From: Antedon mediterranea
Lineage: Eukaryota; Animalia; Echinodermata
Length of the DNA: 64,000 nucleotides
Assembly: GCF_964355755.1 (NCBI RefSeq)
Contig: NC_092674.1
Span: forward strand, 186,001-250,000
Reading direction: 5' to 3'
Shown here piece by piece: positions 1 to 12,900 of the stretch. A program made the position numbers and the translations under genes. Below the pieces are notes generated by a model. The model did no database searches. It had not been told where the DNA came from and worked only from the letters and a program-made list of their open reading frames with translations. How positions within the stretch are numbered: the stretch's first letter is position 1; the number at the start of each line of letters is the position of its first letter.

Positions 1-214
1 TATTTTTTATATCGTACATTTTATTTTTCTATTTCATGCGATTTTAATTAATGTACAGTAAGAATATTTATAACTTAGTTTAAGAAATCTTAAGGTTACT
101 TTTATAATTATTGCTTATGATGTTTGTCTTTATGATGTGAAGCGCCTTTTAAGCATGAGTATTCATGAAAAGGGCGCTCTAGAAATCTGGTAAATAAATA
201 AATAAAATAAATAA
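1..214 (+). mobile_element. 3' tail of an L2-type LINE (or a SINE sharing its tail), cut by the window start
   Basis: Stem-loop AAGCGCCTTTT...AAAGGGCGCT (140-178) followed by a (TAAA)n tail, typical of L2-clade 3' ends. Confidence 0.55.
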
Positions 215-429
215 GGGGATCCGTCACAACCTTGGAGTCGTTTCCACGGTGTATATAGGCCTAAAGTAGGCCGTAAAGTATTATTGTTTTATTAAGTCCT
301 TCTGTTGAAGTTATCTTACATTCTTTACCAAATAATCAAATAGACCTCATTTTATATTGACACAAAAATCATAAAAAGTTATCATTTTGCAGGTAGCTGG
401 CAGCATTAAACAATAATATCACATAAGGC

Positions 430-624
430 AGGAACGGCGTTCCATATACGCAATAACAACGACACGAGGAGGGGACGACTCGAGCGTGAGTGACGAGATA
501 CACGCGAGGAGATATGTGTCTCGCTGGCGTTTGATTATCTCTAATGTATATTTATTTACAGCCTAATTAGACTGAAATATAAGGAAAAGTGACATCTAAC
601 AATCCGAATCAGCTAGTAGTAAGC
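430..624 (+). promoter_or_regulatory. Probable ALG9 promoter and non-coding first exon
   Basis: Locally CpG-rich patch (430-530), candidate donor GTAAGC at 619, then a CTAG/AGGCCT-rich tract like those after the putative first exons of NCK and NKAP. The ATG exon at 3901 is preceded by an acceptor, which implies an upstream exon. Confidence 0.4.
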
Positions 625-939
625 AGTTGGTTATTTCTACCCCTTTTTAACTACCACATACGCTTTATACTAACTATACTAGGCCTAGGCCAAAACCCGT
701 CGTCGCTAATTAAGACAGACGCTAGTCTAGTTAGAGCAGCGAGAGGGGCTGCCTTCTTGCTTGATTTTGGTCCTCTAGCACGGTCTAGGCCTAGCTAGAG
801 TTTATGAGAGTACAGCCAGATCAACCAAATAATATATCTATAATTTGTTATGCATAAACATACCATCCATCATCCTTGGTCCGCTTTCATTTCTGTTATT
901 TATAAATGTTTGCAGATGATGTGTTGTGATATACTTTTA

Positions 940-1990
940 TTTAGTGATGATTATTTATTTATTAATCATAAGGACATCTACCACCAAGCTATTATTTTAA
1001 TGAATCGAGAACTCACTAAAATTGCAAACTGGTTATCTAATAAGCTTTCGTTGAATATTAAAAAAACCAAATTTATTATTTTCGTTCAGTAAATAAACTA
1101 ACCCCCCCCCCCCCCCAACATTCCTAAATTATATTATGGCATTAGCGAAATTGAAAGAACAAAAGAACAACATTTCTTGGCATTTTTATTGATGAATACT
1201 TATTCTTTACTTCTCATATTAATTCAATTTCATTAAAACTATCAAGAGTGGTCGGTGTCCTCAATATTAAACTTAAACTTGCCTTGCCTTCCTCCCTGTT
1301 TTACTATTAATTTATAAATCACTTTTTTTGCCACATTTAATTTATGGTGTAACAGTTTGGGGTTTTACTTAAAAAATTAATTAAACCGACGTATTTATAT
1401 TTTGCAAAAAAGAGCTTTAAGATCAGTTTATAATGTACTATAACCTCCACAATTCAGCTCCCCTTTTTGTCTTGTCTAATACACTTAATATTTACGACTT
1501 ACTTACAAAAAATGTTGCTTTATTTATGTTTAAATTCAAACATAATCAACTGCCCAGAATTTTTGATACTTATTTTCAAACTTTTAGTTCAGTTCATAAT
1601 TATAATACCAGAAATAAATTAGATTATGCTTATGATTGTTTTAATACGGAGGTTGGCAAGCATGATATAACTTTTCAAGGACCAAAAATATGGAATTCTT
1701 TACCAGATGAACTCAAAATTATTAATTTTATATCTTCTTTTAAGTTCAAATTATATGAATACCTTGTTTCTACTATTATTGTTTAAGTTAATAATATATC
1801 TGTCTTAAGTTAAACAACAACTGCATTTGTTAAGTAAAATGTGTACCTTACCTTATTTTTTAATATATATGCCTGGACCCCACATTTTAAAGCTTTTAGC
1901 TTCCAGTGGGGTAGGCCTACATTATAATTAAAAGATAATGAAAATCATAATACAAAATAATAAATGTTTTTTATGTAAAAAATAACTTGT
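940..1990 (+). mobile_element. Decayed, 5'-truncated LINE (L2/Crack/CR1 group) ORF2 C-terminus
   Basis: Frameshifted peptides NRELTKIANWL..NKLSLNIKKTKFIIF, HNYNTR and GPKIWNSLP are typical of the post-RT region; A-rich 3' end. Confidence 0.8.
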
Positions 1991-2130
1991 TTTGTTATAA
2001 TTTTATATAAAACCATCATCATCTATCTGAAAGACAGTTGTATCAAGGCTGCAGACAATCTAACACCAGGACACTGAGATTGCCTTGCCAAGATATAGAA
2101 ACTAATCAGTCCTTAGTTGATAAAAAAAAA

Positions 2131-3870
2131 CATCCTTTGATCTCCGGAGCTGAGCATGCTGTTGTTAGATTGCCTTGGTTGTACCTACTTTACATTCACA
2201 GATTATTATTATTATTATACATCTTTTGATCTCCGGAGCTGAGCATGCTGTTGTTAGATTGCCTTGGTTGTACCTACTTTACATTCACAGATTATTATTA
2301 TTATTATACATCCTTTGATCTCCGGAGCTGAGCATGCTGTTGTTAGATTGCCTTGGTTGTACCTACTTTACATTCACAGATTATTATTATTATTATACAT
2401 CCTTTGATCTCCGGAGCTGAGCATGCTGTTGTTAGATTGCCTTGGTTGTACCTACTTTACATTCACAGATTATTATTATTATTATACATCCTTTGATCTC
2501 CGGAGCTGAGCATGCTGTTGTTAGATTGCCTTGGTTGTACCTACTTTACATTCACAGATTATTATTATTATACATCCTTTGATCTCCGGAGCTGAGCATG
2601 CTGTTGTTAGAAGCTTGGGGTAACACTTATAAAACTCATTTAAAACCAGTATATTTAACACAAAAACGTATTATACGCACATTGACTTATTCTGATAGAC
2701 TAGCACCAACATCATTATTATTCAAAGAACTTAAAATTTTAAATATTTATCAGCAGCATCAGTATTTAATTACTTTATTTGTTCATGATAGTTTACATGG
2801 TAAATTTCCAGATACAACTCCTAAATATTTTTTGTATATTAATTTTCGTTATTCATCAAGGTCTCAGACTAGAGAAAAGTTGTATGTACCAAAATATAGA
2901 ACAAACATAGGACAACATTCCATCAAGTATTCTGGTGCAAAGCTCTGGAATGAAATCCCGGATGATTTAAGGTTTCTAACAAAAAGCAAATTCAAAAAAG
3001 AAATGAAAACATACTATTTGTTTGTATAGTGATATTTATTTATTTTATAAGAGAATTAATTATATTGTATATATTTGAGAGAAAGTGTATTTAAAAAAAA
3101 AAAAAATGTTTATGTATATTAATTTTATTTTAGACAAGTAGCCCTAATTTATTTATATAACTATTTATACTTCAATGTTTAGGGGCTGAACTTGATTAGT
3201 TTTAACTATTTTTTAGCCCTTCCCTTGATATAATTATTTTTATTTGTATATTATTACAATGTTTATAATTTATATTTATGGGTAAATAAAGAAAGAAAGA
3301 TTGCCTTGGTTGTACCTACTTTACATTCACAGATTATTATTATTATTATACATCCTTTGATCTCCGGAGCTGAGCATGCTGTTGTTAGATTGCCTTGGTT
3401 GTACCTACTTTACATTCACAGATTATTATTATTATTATACATCCTTTGATCTCCGGAGCTGAGCATGCTGTTGTTAGATTGCCTTGGTTGTACCTACTTT
3501 ACATTCACAGATTATTATTATTATTATACATCCTTTGATCTCCGGAGCTGAGCATGCTGTTGTTAGATTGCCTTGGTTGTACCTACTTTACATTCACAGA
3601 TTATTATTATTATTATACATCCTTTGATCTCCGGAGCTGAGCATGCTGTTGTTAGATTGCCTTGGTTGTACCTACTTTACATTCACAGATTATTATTATT
3701 ATTATACATCCTTTGATCTCCGGAGCTGAGCATGCTGTTGTTAGATTGCCTTGGTTGTACCTACTTTACATTCACAGATTATTATTATTATTATACATCC
3801 TTTGATCTCCGGAGCTGAGCATGCTGTTGTTAGATTGCCTTGGTTGTACCTACTTTACATTCATATTATT
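2131..3870. repeat. 89-bp tandem array (about 12 copies) ending at the acceptor of the ALG9 ATG exon, interrupted by a LINE fragment
   Basis: Unit CATCCTTTGATCTCCGGAGCTGAGCATGCTG...CACAGATTATTATTATTATTATA starts at 2131, 2220, 2309, 2398, 2487, 2573, then 3351-3796. Confidence 0.95.
2612..3300 (+). mobile_element. 5'-truncated LINE (L2/Crack-like) inserted in the 89-bp array
   Basis: Peptide WGNTYKTHLKPVYLTQKRIIRTLT...YSGAKLWNEIP; tail AATAAA(GAAA)n; the repeat unit resumes in register at 3301. Confidence 0.85.
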
Positions 3871-3911
3871 ACATTCACAGTTGTTATTATTATTATACAG
3901 GTTAGAACATT

Positions 3912-6900
3912 ATGTCAGAAACGAAGAGTGTAAAAAGCCGAAAGGTACCAAAGAAAGACGCTGAAAATACTTCTGCTGCCATTGTAAGGTACAGTGTGTT
4001 GGGCCACTCTTGTTTGGGCTATTTGATACATTTTAATAAATAAGTATGTAATCATGTAAATACTACTTTTTAAATCACATAGAACTGAATCATTATCAAA
4101 GATATTGAATTAAAAAGTAAATAAATAAAATTGTCTTATCTATTTATCAAATCAAGAACTAAAGTAAAAGAAATTCAAAAGATCCATACATTTTGATTGA
4201 GCTGACTATCAACCAAATTAGACATATTATTATAGATGTCAATCTGGATTATCAGGATTTTTATTGACTGCAAGCAACAATTTATTTTACGTAGTGAGAA
4301 ACCTGTAGTACGAAATACTCAATGTTGGTCACCTGAACCATCTACTGCCATCAAACTGCTCTGGTCAGCTCGCTTTTGTGCAGCCTTACTTAGCAACATT
4401 ACTGACTGTGATGAAACATTTAATTACTGGGAACCTGTAAGTCGGGAACTTTTAATAACTTCTATCTTTGTCTATAATTTAATTTAAACATTTTTTATTT
4501 ATAATATTAAAACTGTTTCTCCTTCCATCATTTGATTAAAATATAATTATTTTAAAAATCTAAAATGATCGAATGGGTGAAGTTCTGAGTAATTGCTATT
4601 GATGTACATATATTATATAATGATCGAATGGGTGAAGTTCTGAGTAATTGCTATTGATGTACATATACTATATAATGATCTAATGGGTGAAGTTCTGAGT
4701 AATTGCTATTGATGTACATATATTATATAATGATCGAATGGGTGAAGTTCTGAGTAATTGCTATTGATGTACATATATTATATAATGATCGAATGGGTGA
4801 AGTTCTGAGTAATTGCTATTGATGTACATATATTATATAATGATCGAATGGGTGAAGTTCTGAGTAATTGCTATTGATGTACATATATTATATAATGATC
4901 GAATGGGTGAAGTTCTGAGTAATTGCTATTGATGTACATATATTATATAATGATCGAATGGGTGAAGTTCTGAGTAATTGCTATTGATGTACATATATTA
5001 TATAATGACCGAATGGGTGAAGTTCTGAGTAATTGCTATTGATGTACATATATTATATAATGATCGAATGGGTGAAGTTCTGAGTAATTGCTATTGATGT
5101 ACATATATTATATAATGATCGAATGGGTGAAGTTCTGAGTAATTGCTATGCTATTGATGTACATATACTATATAATGATCGAATGGGTGAAGTTCTGAGT
5201 AATTGCTATTGATGTACATATACTATATAATGATCGAATGGGTGAAGTTCTGAGTAATTGCTATTGATGTACATATATTATATAATGATCGAATGGGTGA
5301 AGTTCTGAGTAATTGCTATTGATGTACATATATTATATAATGATCGAATGGGTGAAGTTCTGAGTAATTGCTATTGATGTACATATATTATATAATGATC
5401 GAATGGGTGAAGTTCTGAGTAATTGCTATTGATGTACATATACTATATAATGATCGAATGGGTGAAGTTCTGAGTAATTGCTATTGATGTACATATATTA
5501 TATAATGATCGAATGGGTGAAGTTCTGAGTAATTGCTATTGATGTACATATATTATATAATGATCGAATGGGTGAAGTTCTGAGTAATTGCTATTGATGT
5601 ACATATACTATATAATGATCGAATGGGTGAAGTTCTGAGTAATTGCTATTGATGTACATATATTATATAATGATCGAATGGGTGAAGTTCTGAGTAATTG
5701 CTATTGATGTACATATATTATATAATGATCGAATGGGTGAAGTTCTGAGTAATTGCTATTGATGTACATATATTATATAATTGCATAACTAACAAATAGT
5801 ATCTATTATAATTACAGTTACATTATGTGTTGTTTGGTAAAGGCTTCCAAACCTGGGAATATTCACCCACTTATGCAATAAGATCATATGCATACATTCT
5901 GCTACATTCCTTACCTGGACACCTGCACTCACTTTTACTTCAAGCCAATAGGGTAAGCAAATCACAACTTTTAAGCAAGATATTTGGTTATAAGTAATTG
6001 TAATTAAATTCAAATGTTTATATAAGTTATAAATTGTCAACTGGTTTTATTATTTTTTTATACTAAATATTTGAATTGTAACTTTCTTCTCTTTTTTATG
6101 TTTCTGTTGAATAGGTTTTAGTATTTTATTTTATTCGATGTGTTTTGGGAATGATTTGTGCATTGTGTGAGGTGTATTTTTACCGGTAAGTGGATTATAT
6201 TTTTTATATTTCAACATTCAATTGGTTCAAAATAAATAAAAAAGAATTGTTAACTATTAATTTTAAAAAACAATGAAGTAAATTAAATAATCAAAGTCAG
6301 TGAAATAATGCTGTACTATTCACCCCTTTAAATGAGGCTTTAAATAATAATGTTGTACTATTCACCCCTTTAAATGAGGCTTTAAATAATAATGTTGTAC
6401 TATTCACCCCTTTAAATGAGGCTTTAAATAATAATGCTGTACTATTCACCCCTTTAAATGAGGCTTTAAATAATAATGTTGTACTATTCACGCCTTTAAA
6501 TGAGGCTTTAAATAATAATGTTGTACTATTCACCCTTTTAAATGAGGCTTTAAATAATAATGTTGTACTATTCACCCCTTTAAATGAGGCTTTAAATAAT
6601 AATGCTGTACTATTCACCCCTTTAAATGAGGCTTTAAATAATAATGTTGTACTATTCACCCCTTTAAATGAGGCTTTAAATAATAATGTTGTACTATTCA
6701 CCCCTATAATGAGGCTTTAAATAATAATGTTGTACTATTCACCCCTTTAAATGAGGCTTTAAATAATAATGCTGTACTATTCACCCCTTTAAATGAGGCT
6801 TTAAATAATAATGTTGTACTATTCACCCCTTTAAATGAGGCTTTAAATAATAATGTTGTACTATTCACCCCTTTAAATGAGGCTTTAAATAATAATGTTG

Positions 6901-9900
6901 TACTATACACCCCTTTAAATGAGGCTTTAAATAATAATGCTGTACTATTCACCCCTTTAAATGAGGCTTTAAATAATAATGTTGTACTATTCACCCCTTT
7001 AAATGAGGCTTTAAATAATAATGTTGTACTATTCACCCCTATAATGAGGCTTTAAATAATAATGTTGTACTATTCACCCCTTTAAATGAGGCTTTAAATA
7101 ATAATGCTGTACTATTCACCCCTTTAAATGAGGCTTTAAATAATAATGTTGTACTATTCACCCCTTTAAATGAGGCTTTAAATAATAATGTTGTACTATT
7201 CACCCCTTTAAATGAGGCTTTAAATAATAATGTTGTACTATTCACCCCTTTAAATGAGGCTTTAAATAATAATGTTGTACTATTCACCCCTTTAAATGAG
7301 GCTTTAAATAATAATGCTGTACTATTCACCCCTTTAAATGAGGCTTTAAATAATAATGTTGTACTATTCACCCCTTTAAATGAGGCTTTAAATAATAATG
7401 TTGTACTATTCACCCCTTTAAATGAGGCTTTAAATAATAATGTTGTACTATTCACCCCTTTAAATGAGGCTTTAAATAATAATGTTGTACTATTCACCCC
7501 TTTAAATGAGGCTTTAAATAATAATGTTGTACTACTACTATTCACCCCTTTAAATGAGGCTTTAAATAATAATGTTGTACTATTCACCCCTTTAAATGAG
7601 GCTTTAAATAATAATGTTGTACTATTCACCCCTTTAAATGAGGCTTTAAATAATAATGTTGTACTATTCACCCCTTTAAATGAGGCTTTAAATAATAATG
7701 TTGTACTATTCACCCCTTTAAATGAGGCTTTAAATAATAATGTTGTACTATTCACCCCTTTAAATGAGGCCTTAAATAATAATGTTGTACTATTCACCCC
7801 TTTAAATGAGGCTTTAAATAATAATGTTGTACTATTCACCCCTTTAAATGAGGCTTTAAATAATAATGTACTATTCACCCCTTTAAATGAGGCTTTAAAT
7901 AAAACCATTTTATGTATGTATTTTGGAAGTATCATTTTATTTTCAATTGTTAATATGTTTATGGAATGTCTGTATTTTAGGGGTGTTTGTAAAGCATTTG
8001 GTGCAAATATTGGCAGATTTGCTCTGTTATTTCTTTTGTTAAGTACGGGAATGTTTATTTCAAGTACTGGTAGGTTCCTATTCAATTCTAATTTAATTAT
8101 TTGATATTGATGATAAACTTTATTTCAGCAATATAAAAGCCATATAATTTTAATAGCAAAAACATCATTGAAATACACACACAAAAAGTTGAGCCTCAAA
8201 TATTGTTAGCTGTACTGATGGCCAGTTTTCTAGTTTGTTTGTACCATCTCTCACAATGTTTTTCTATAATATTCATAAAATGGCACTGCAACTTCATGTG
8301 AGTAATTGGCCCAAAGGTTACTATAATATGGTACCATAGACACAGAATACACTACTTATCTTCTTCTTTGAAGTGAAAGTTAAAGATATTTTGTAATTCA
8401 TAATTTTTACTATGAATTTGTTGATCATGTGACAATAAAAATATCTTGTACAACAAAATTGAGTAATAGTTTTTATTTTCAGCATTTATACCTAGTAGCT
8501 TCTCAATGTTTCATTTTCAGCATTTATACCTAGTAGCTTCTCAATGTTTCATTTTCAGCATTTATACCTAGTAGCTTCTCAATGTATATGACTATGATAT
8601 CAATTGGTGGATGGTTTTTGGGCAATATTCCGGTAAGCAAAAATCTATTTTGCTATAAGATTTCTCATTTTAATTTACAATTAAATTTTAAAAAAGCATA
8701 GAGATACTGTATTATAGTGAACTATTCACTATAATATCTCTATGATTTGAGGAACTATTACTTGTTTCTTTTTTAGGTTGCGATATTAGCAACAGCATTG
8801 AGCACATTTGTCAGCTGGCCATTTGCTTGCATTATTGGGTAAAATTGCTTATTATTTCTATAGTTTTAAAAAGAAATGTTAGTTCATGATTGGTATTATG
8901 GTGTGTTGTATTAGTTCATGATTGGTATAGAGTATTACGGTGTGTTGTATTAGTTCATGATTGGTATAGAGTATTACGGTGTGTTGTATTAGTTCCTGAA
9001 TGGTATAGAGTATTACGGTGTGTTGTATTAGTTCATGATTGGTATAGATTATTACGGTGTGTTGCATTAGTTCCTGATTGGTATAGAGTATTACGGTGTG
9101 TTGCATTAGTTCCTGATTGGTATAGAGTATTACGGTGTGTTGCATTAGTTCCTGATTGGTATAGAGTATTACGGTGTGTTGTATTAGTTCCTGATTGGTA
9201 TAGAGTATTACGGTGTGTTGCATTAGTTCCTGAATGGTATAGAGTATTACGGTGTGTTGTATTAGTTCATGATTGGTATAGAGTATTACGGTGTGTTGTA
9301 TTAGTTCCTGATTGGTATAGAGTATTACGGTGTGTTGCATTAGTTCCTGAATGGTATAGAGTATTACGGTGTGTTTTATTAGTTCCTGATTGGTATAGAG
9401 TATTACGGTGTGTTGTATTAGTTCATGATTGGTATAGAGTATTACGGTGTGTTGTATTAGTTCATGATTGGTATAGAGTATTACGGTGTGTTGTATTAGT
9501 TCATGATTGGTATAGAGTATTACGGTGTGTTGTATTACTTCCTGATTGGTATAGAGTATTACGGTGTGTTGTATTAGTTCATGATTGGTATAGAGTATTA
9601 CGGTGTGTTGTATTAGTTCCTGAATGGTATAGAGTATTACGGTGTGTTGTATTAGTTCATGATTGGTATAGAGTATTACGGTGTGTTGCATTAGTTCATG
9701 ATTGGTATAGAGTATTACGGTGTGTTGTATTAGTTCCTGAATGGTATAGAGTATTACGGTGTGTTGTATTAGTTCCTGATTGGTATAGAGTATTACGGTG
9801 TGTTGTATTAGTTCCTGATTGGTATAGAGTATTACGGTGTGTTGCATTAGTTCCTGATTGGTATAGAATATTACGGTGTGTTGTATTAGTTCCTGAATGG

Positions 9901-12900
9901 TATAGAGTATTACGGTGTGTTGTATTAGTTCATGATTGGTATAGAGTATTACGGTGTGTTGCATTAGTTCATGATTGGTATAGAGTATTACGGTGTGTTG
10001 TATTAGTTCATGATTGGTATAGAGTATTACGGTGTGTTGTATTAGTTCATGATTGGTATAGAGTATTACGGTGTGTTGCATTAGTTCATGATTGGTATAG
10101 AGTATTACGGTGTGTTGTATTAGTTCCTGATTGGTATAGAGTATTACGGTGTGTTGCATTAGTTCCTGAATGGTATAGAGTATTACGGTGTGTTTTATTA
10201 GTTCCTGATTGGTATAGAGTATTACGGTGTGTTGTATTAGTTCCTGATTGGTATAGAGTATTACGGTGTGTTGTATTAGTTCATGATTGGTATAGAGTAT
10301 TACGGTGTGTTGTATTAGTTCCTGATTGGTATAGAGTATTACGGTGTGTTGCATTAGTTCATGATTGGTATAGAGTATTACGGTGTGTTGTATTAGTTCC
10401 TGATTGGTATAGAGTATTACGGTGTGTTGTATTAGTTCCTGATTGGTATAGAGTATTACGGTGTGTTGCATTAGTTCCTGATTGGTATAGAGTATTACGG
10501 TGTGTTGTATTAGTTCATGATTGGTATAGAGTATTACGGTGTGTTGTATTAGTTCCTGATTGGTATAGAGTATTACGGTGTGTTGCATTAGTTCCTGATT
10601 GGTATAGAGTATTACGGTGTGTTGTATTAGTTCATGATTGGTATAGAGTATTACGGTGTGTTGTATTAGTTCATGATTGGTATAGAGTATTACGGTGTGT
10701 TGTATTAGTTCATGATTGGTATAGAGTATTACGGTGTGTTGTATTAGTTCCTGATTGGTATAGAGTATTACGGTGTGTTGTATTAGTTCATGATTGGTAT
10801 AGAGTATTACGGTGTGTTGTATTAGTTCCTGATTGGTATAGAGTATTACAGTGTGTTGTATTAGTTCATGATTGGTATAGAGTATTACGGTGTGTTGTAT
10901 TACTTGCTGATTGGTATAGAGTATTATGGTGTGTTGTATTACTTGCTGATTGGTATAGAGTATTACGGTGTGTTGCATTAGTTCATGATTGGTATAGATT
11001 ATTACGGTGTGTTGTATTAGTTCCTGATTGGTATAGAGTATTATGGTGTGTTGTATTAGTTCATGATTGGTATAGAGTATTACGGTGTGTTGCATTAGTT
11101 CATGATTGGTATAGAGTATTACAGTGTGTTGTATTACTTGCTGATTGGTATAGAGTATTACGGTGTGTTGTATTAGTTCCTGATTGGTATAGAGTATTAC
11201 GGTGTGTTTTATTAGTTCATGATTGGTATAGAGTATTACGGTGTGTTGTATTACTTGCTGATTGGTATAGAGTATTACGGTGTGTTGTATTAGTTCCTGA
11301 TTGGTATAGAGTATTACGGTGTGTTGTATTAGTTCATGATTGGTATAGAGTATTACGGTGTGTTGTATTACTTGCTGATTGGTATAGAGTATTATGGTGT
11401 GTTGTATTACTTGCTGATTGGTATAGAGTATTACGGTGTGTTGTATTAGTTCCTGATTGGTATAGAGTATTACGGTGTGTTGTATTAGTTCCTGAATGGT
11501 ATAGAGTATTACGGTGTGTTGCATTAGTTCATGATTGGTATAGAGTATTACGGTGTGTTGTATTACTTGCTGATTGGTATAGAGTATTACGGTGTGTTGT
11601 ATTAGTTCCTGATTGGTATAGAGTATTACGGTGTGTTTTATTAGTTCCTGATTGGTATAGAGTATTACGGTGTGTTGTATTAGTTCATGATTGGTATAGA
11701 GTATTACGGTGTGTTGTATTACTTGCTGATTGGTATAGAGTATTATGGTGTGTTGTATTACTTGCTGATTGGTATAGAGTATTACGGTGTGTTGTATTAG
11801 TTCATGATTGGTATAGAGTATTACGGTGTGTTGTATTAGTTCATGATTGGTATAGAGTATTACGGTGTGTTGTATTACTTGCTGATTGGTATAGAGTATT
11901 ACGGTGTGTTGCATTAGTTCCTGATTGGTATAGAGTATTATGGTGTGTTGTATTACTTGCTGATTGGTATAGAGTATTACGGTGTGTTGTATTAGTTCCT
12001 GATTGGTATAGAGTATTACGGTGTGTTGTATTAGTTCCTGATTGGTATAGAGTATTACGGTGTGTTGTATTAGTTCATGATTGGTATAGAGTATTACGGT
12101 GTGTTGTATTAGTTCATGATTGGTATAGAGTATTACGGTGTGTTGTATTAGTTCCTGATTGGTATAGATTATTACGGTGTGTTGCATTAGTTCATGATTG
12201 GTATAGAGTATTACGGTGTGTTGTATTACTTGCTGATTGGTATAGAGTATTATGGTGTGTTGTATTACTTCATGATTGGTATAGAGTATTACGGTGTGTT
12301 GTATTAGTTCATGATTGGTATAGAGTATTACAGTGTGTTGTATTAGTTCCTGATTGGTATAGAGTATTACGGTGTGTTGTATTAGTTCATGATTGGTATA
12401 GAGTATTACGGTGTGTTGTATTAGTTCCTGATTGGTATAGAGTATTACGGTGTGTTGTATTAGTTCCTGATTGGTATAGAGTATTACGGTGTGTTGTATT
12501 AGTTCCTGATTGGTATAGAGTATTATGGTGTGTTGTATTAGTTCATGATTGGTATAGAGTATTACAGTGTGTTGTATTAGTTCATGATTGGTATAGAGTA
12601 TTACAGTGTGTTGTATTAGTTCATGATTGGTATAGAGTATTACAGTGTGTTGTATTAGTTCCTGATTGGTATAGAGTATTACAGTGTGTTGTATTAGTTC
12701 ATGATTGGTATAGAGTATTACAGTGTGTTGTATTAGTTCATGATTGGTATAGAGTATTACAGTGTGTTGTATTAGTTCATGATTGGTATAGAGTATTACA
12801 GTGTGTTGTATTAGTTCATGATTGGTATAGAGTATTACAGTGTGTTGTATTAGTTCATGATTGGTATAGAGTATTACAGTGTGTTGTATTAGTTCATGAT

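Noticed and set aside
6297-8085. Repetitive minus-strand ORFs (NSTTLLFKASFKGV)n
   Set aside because: Translation of the 42-bp intronic tandem array.
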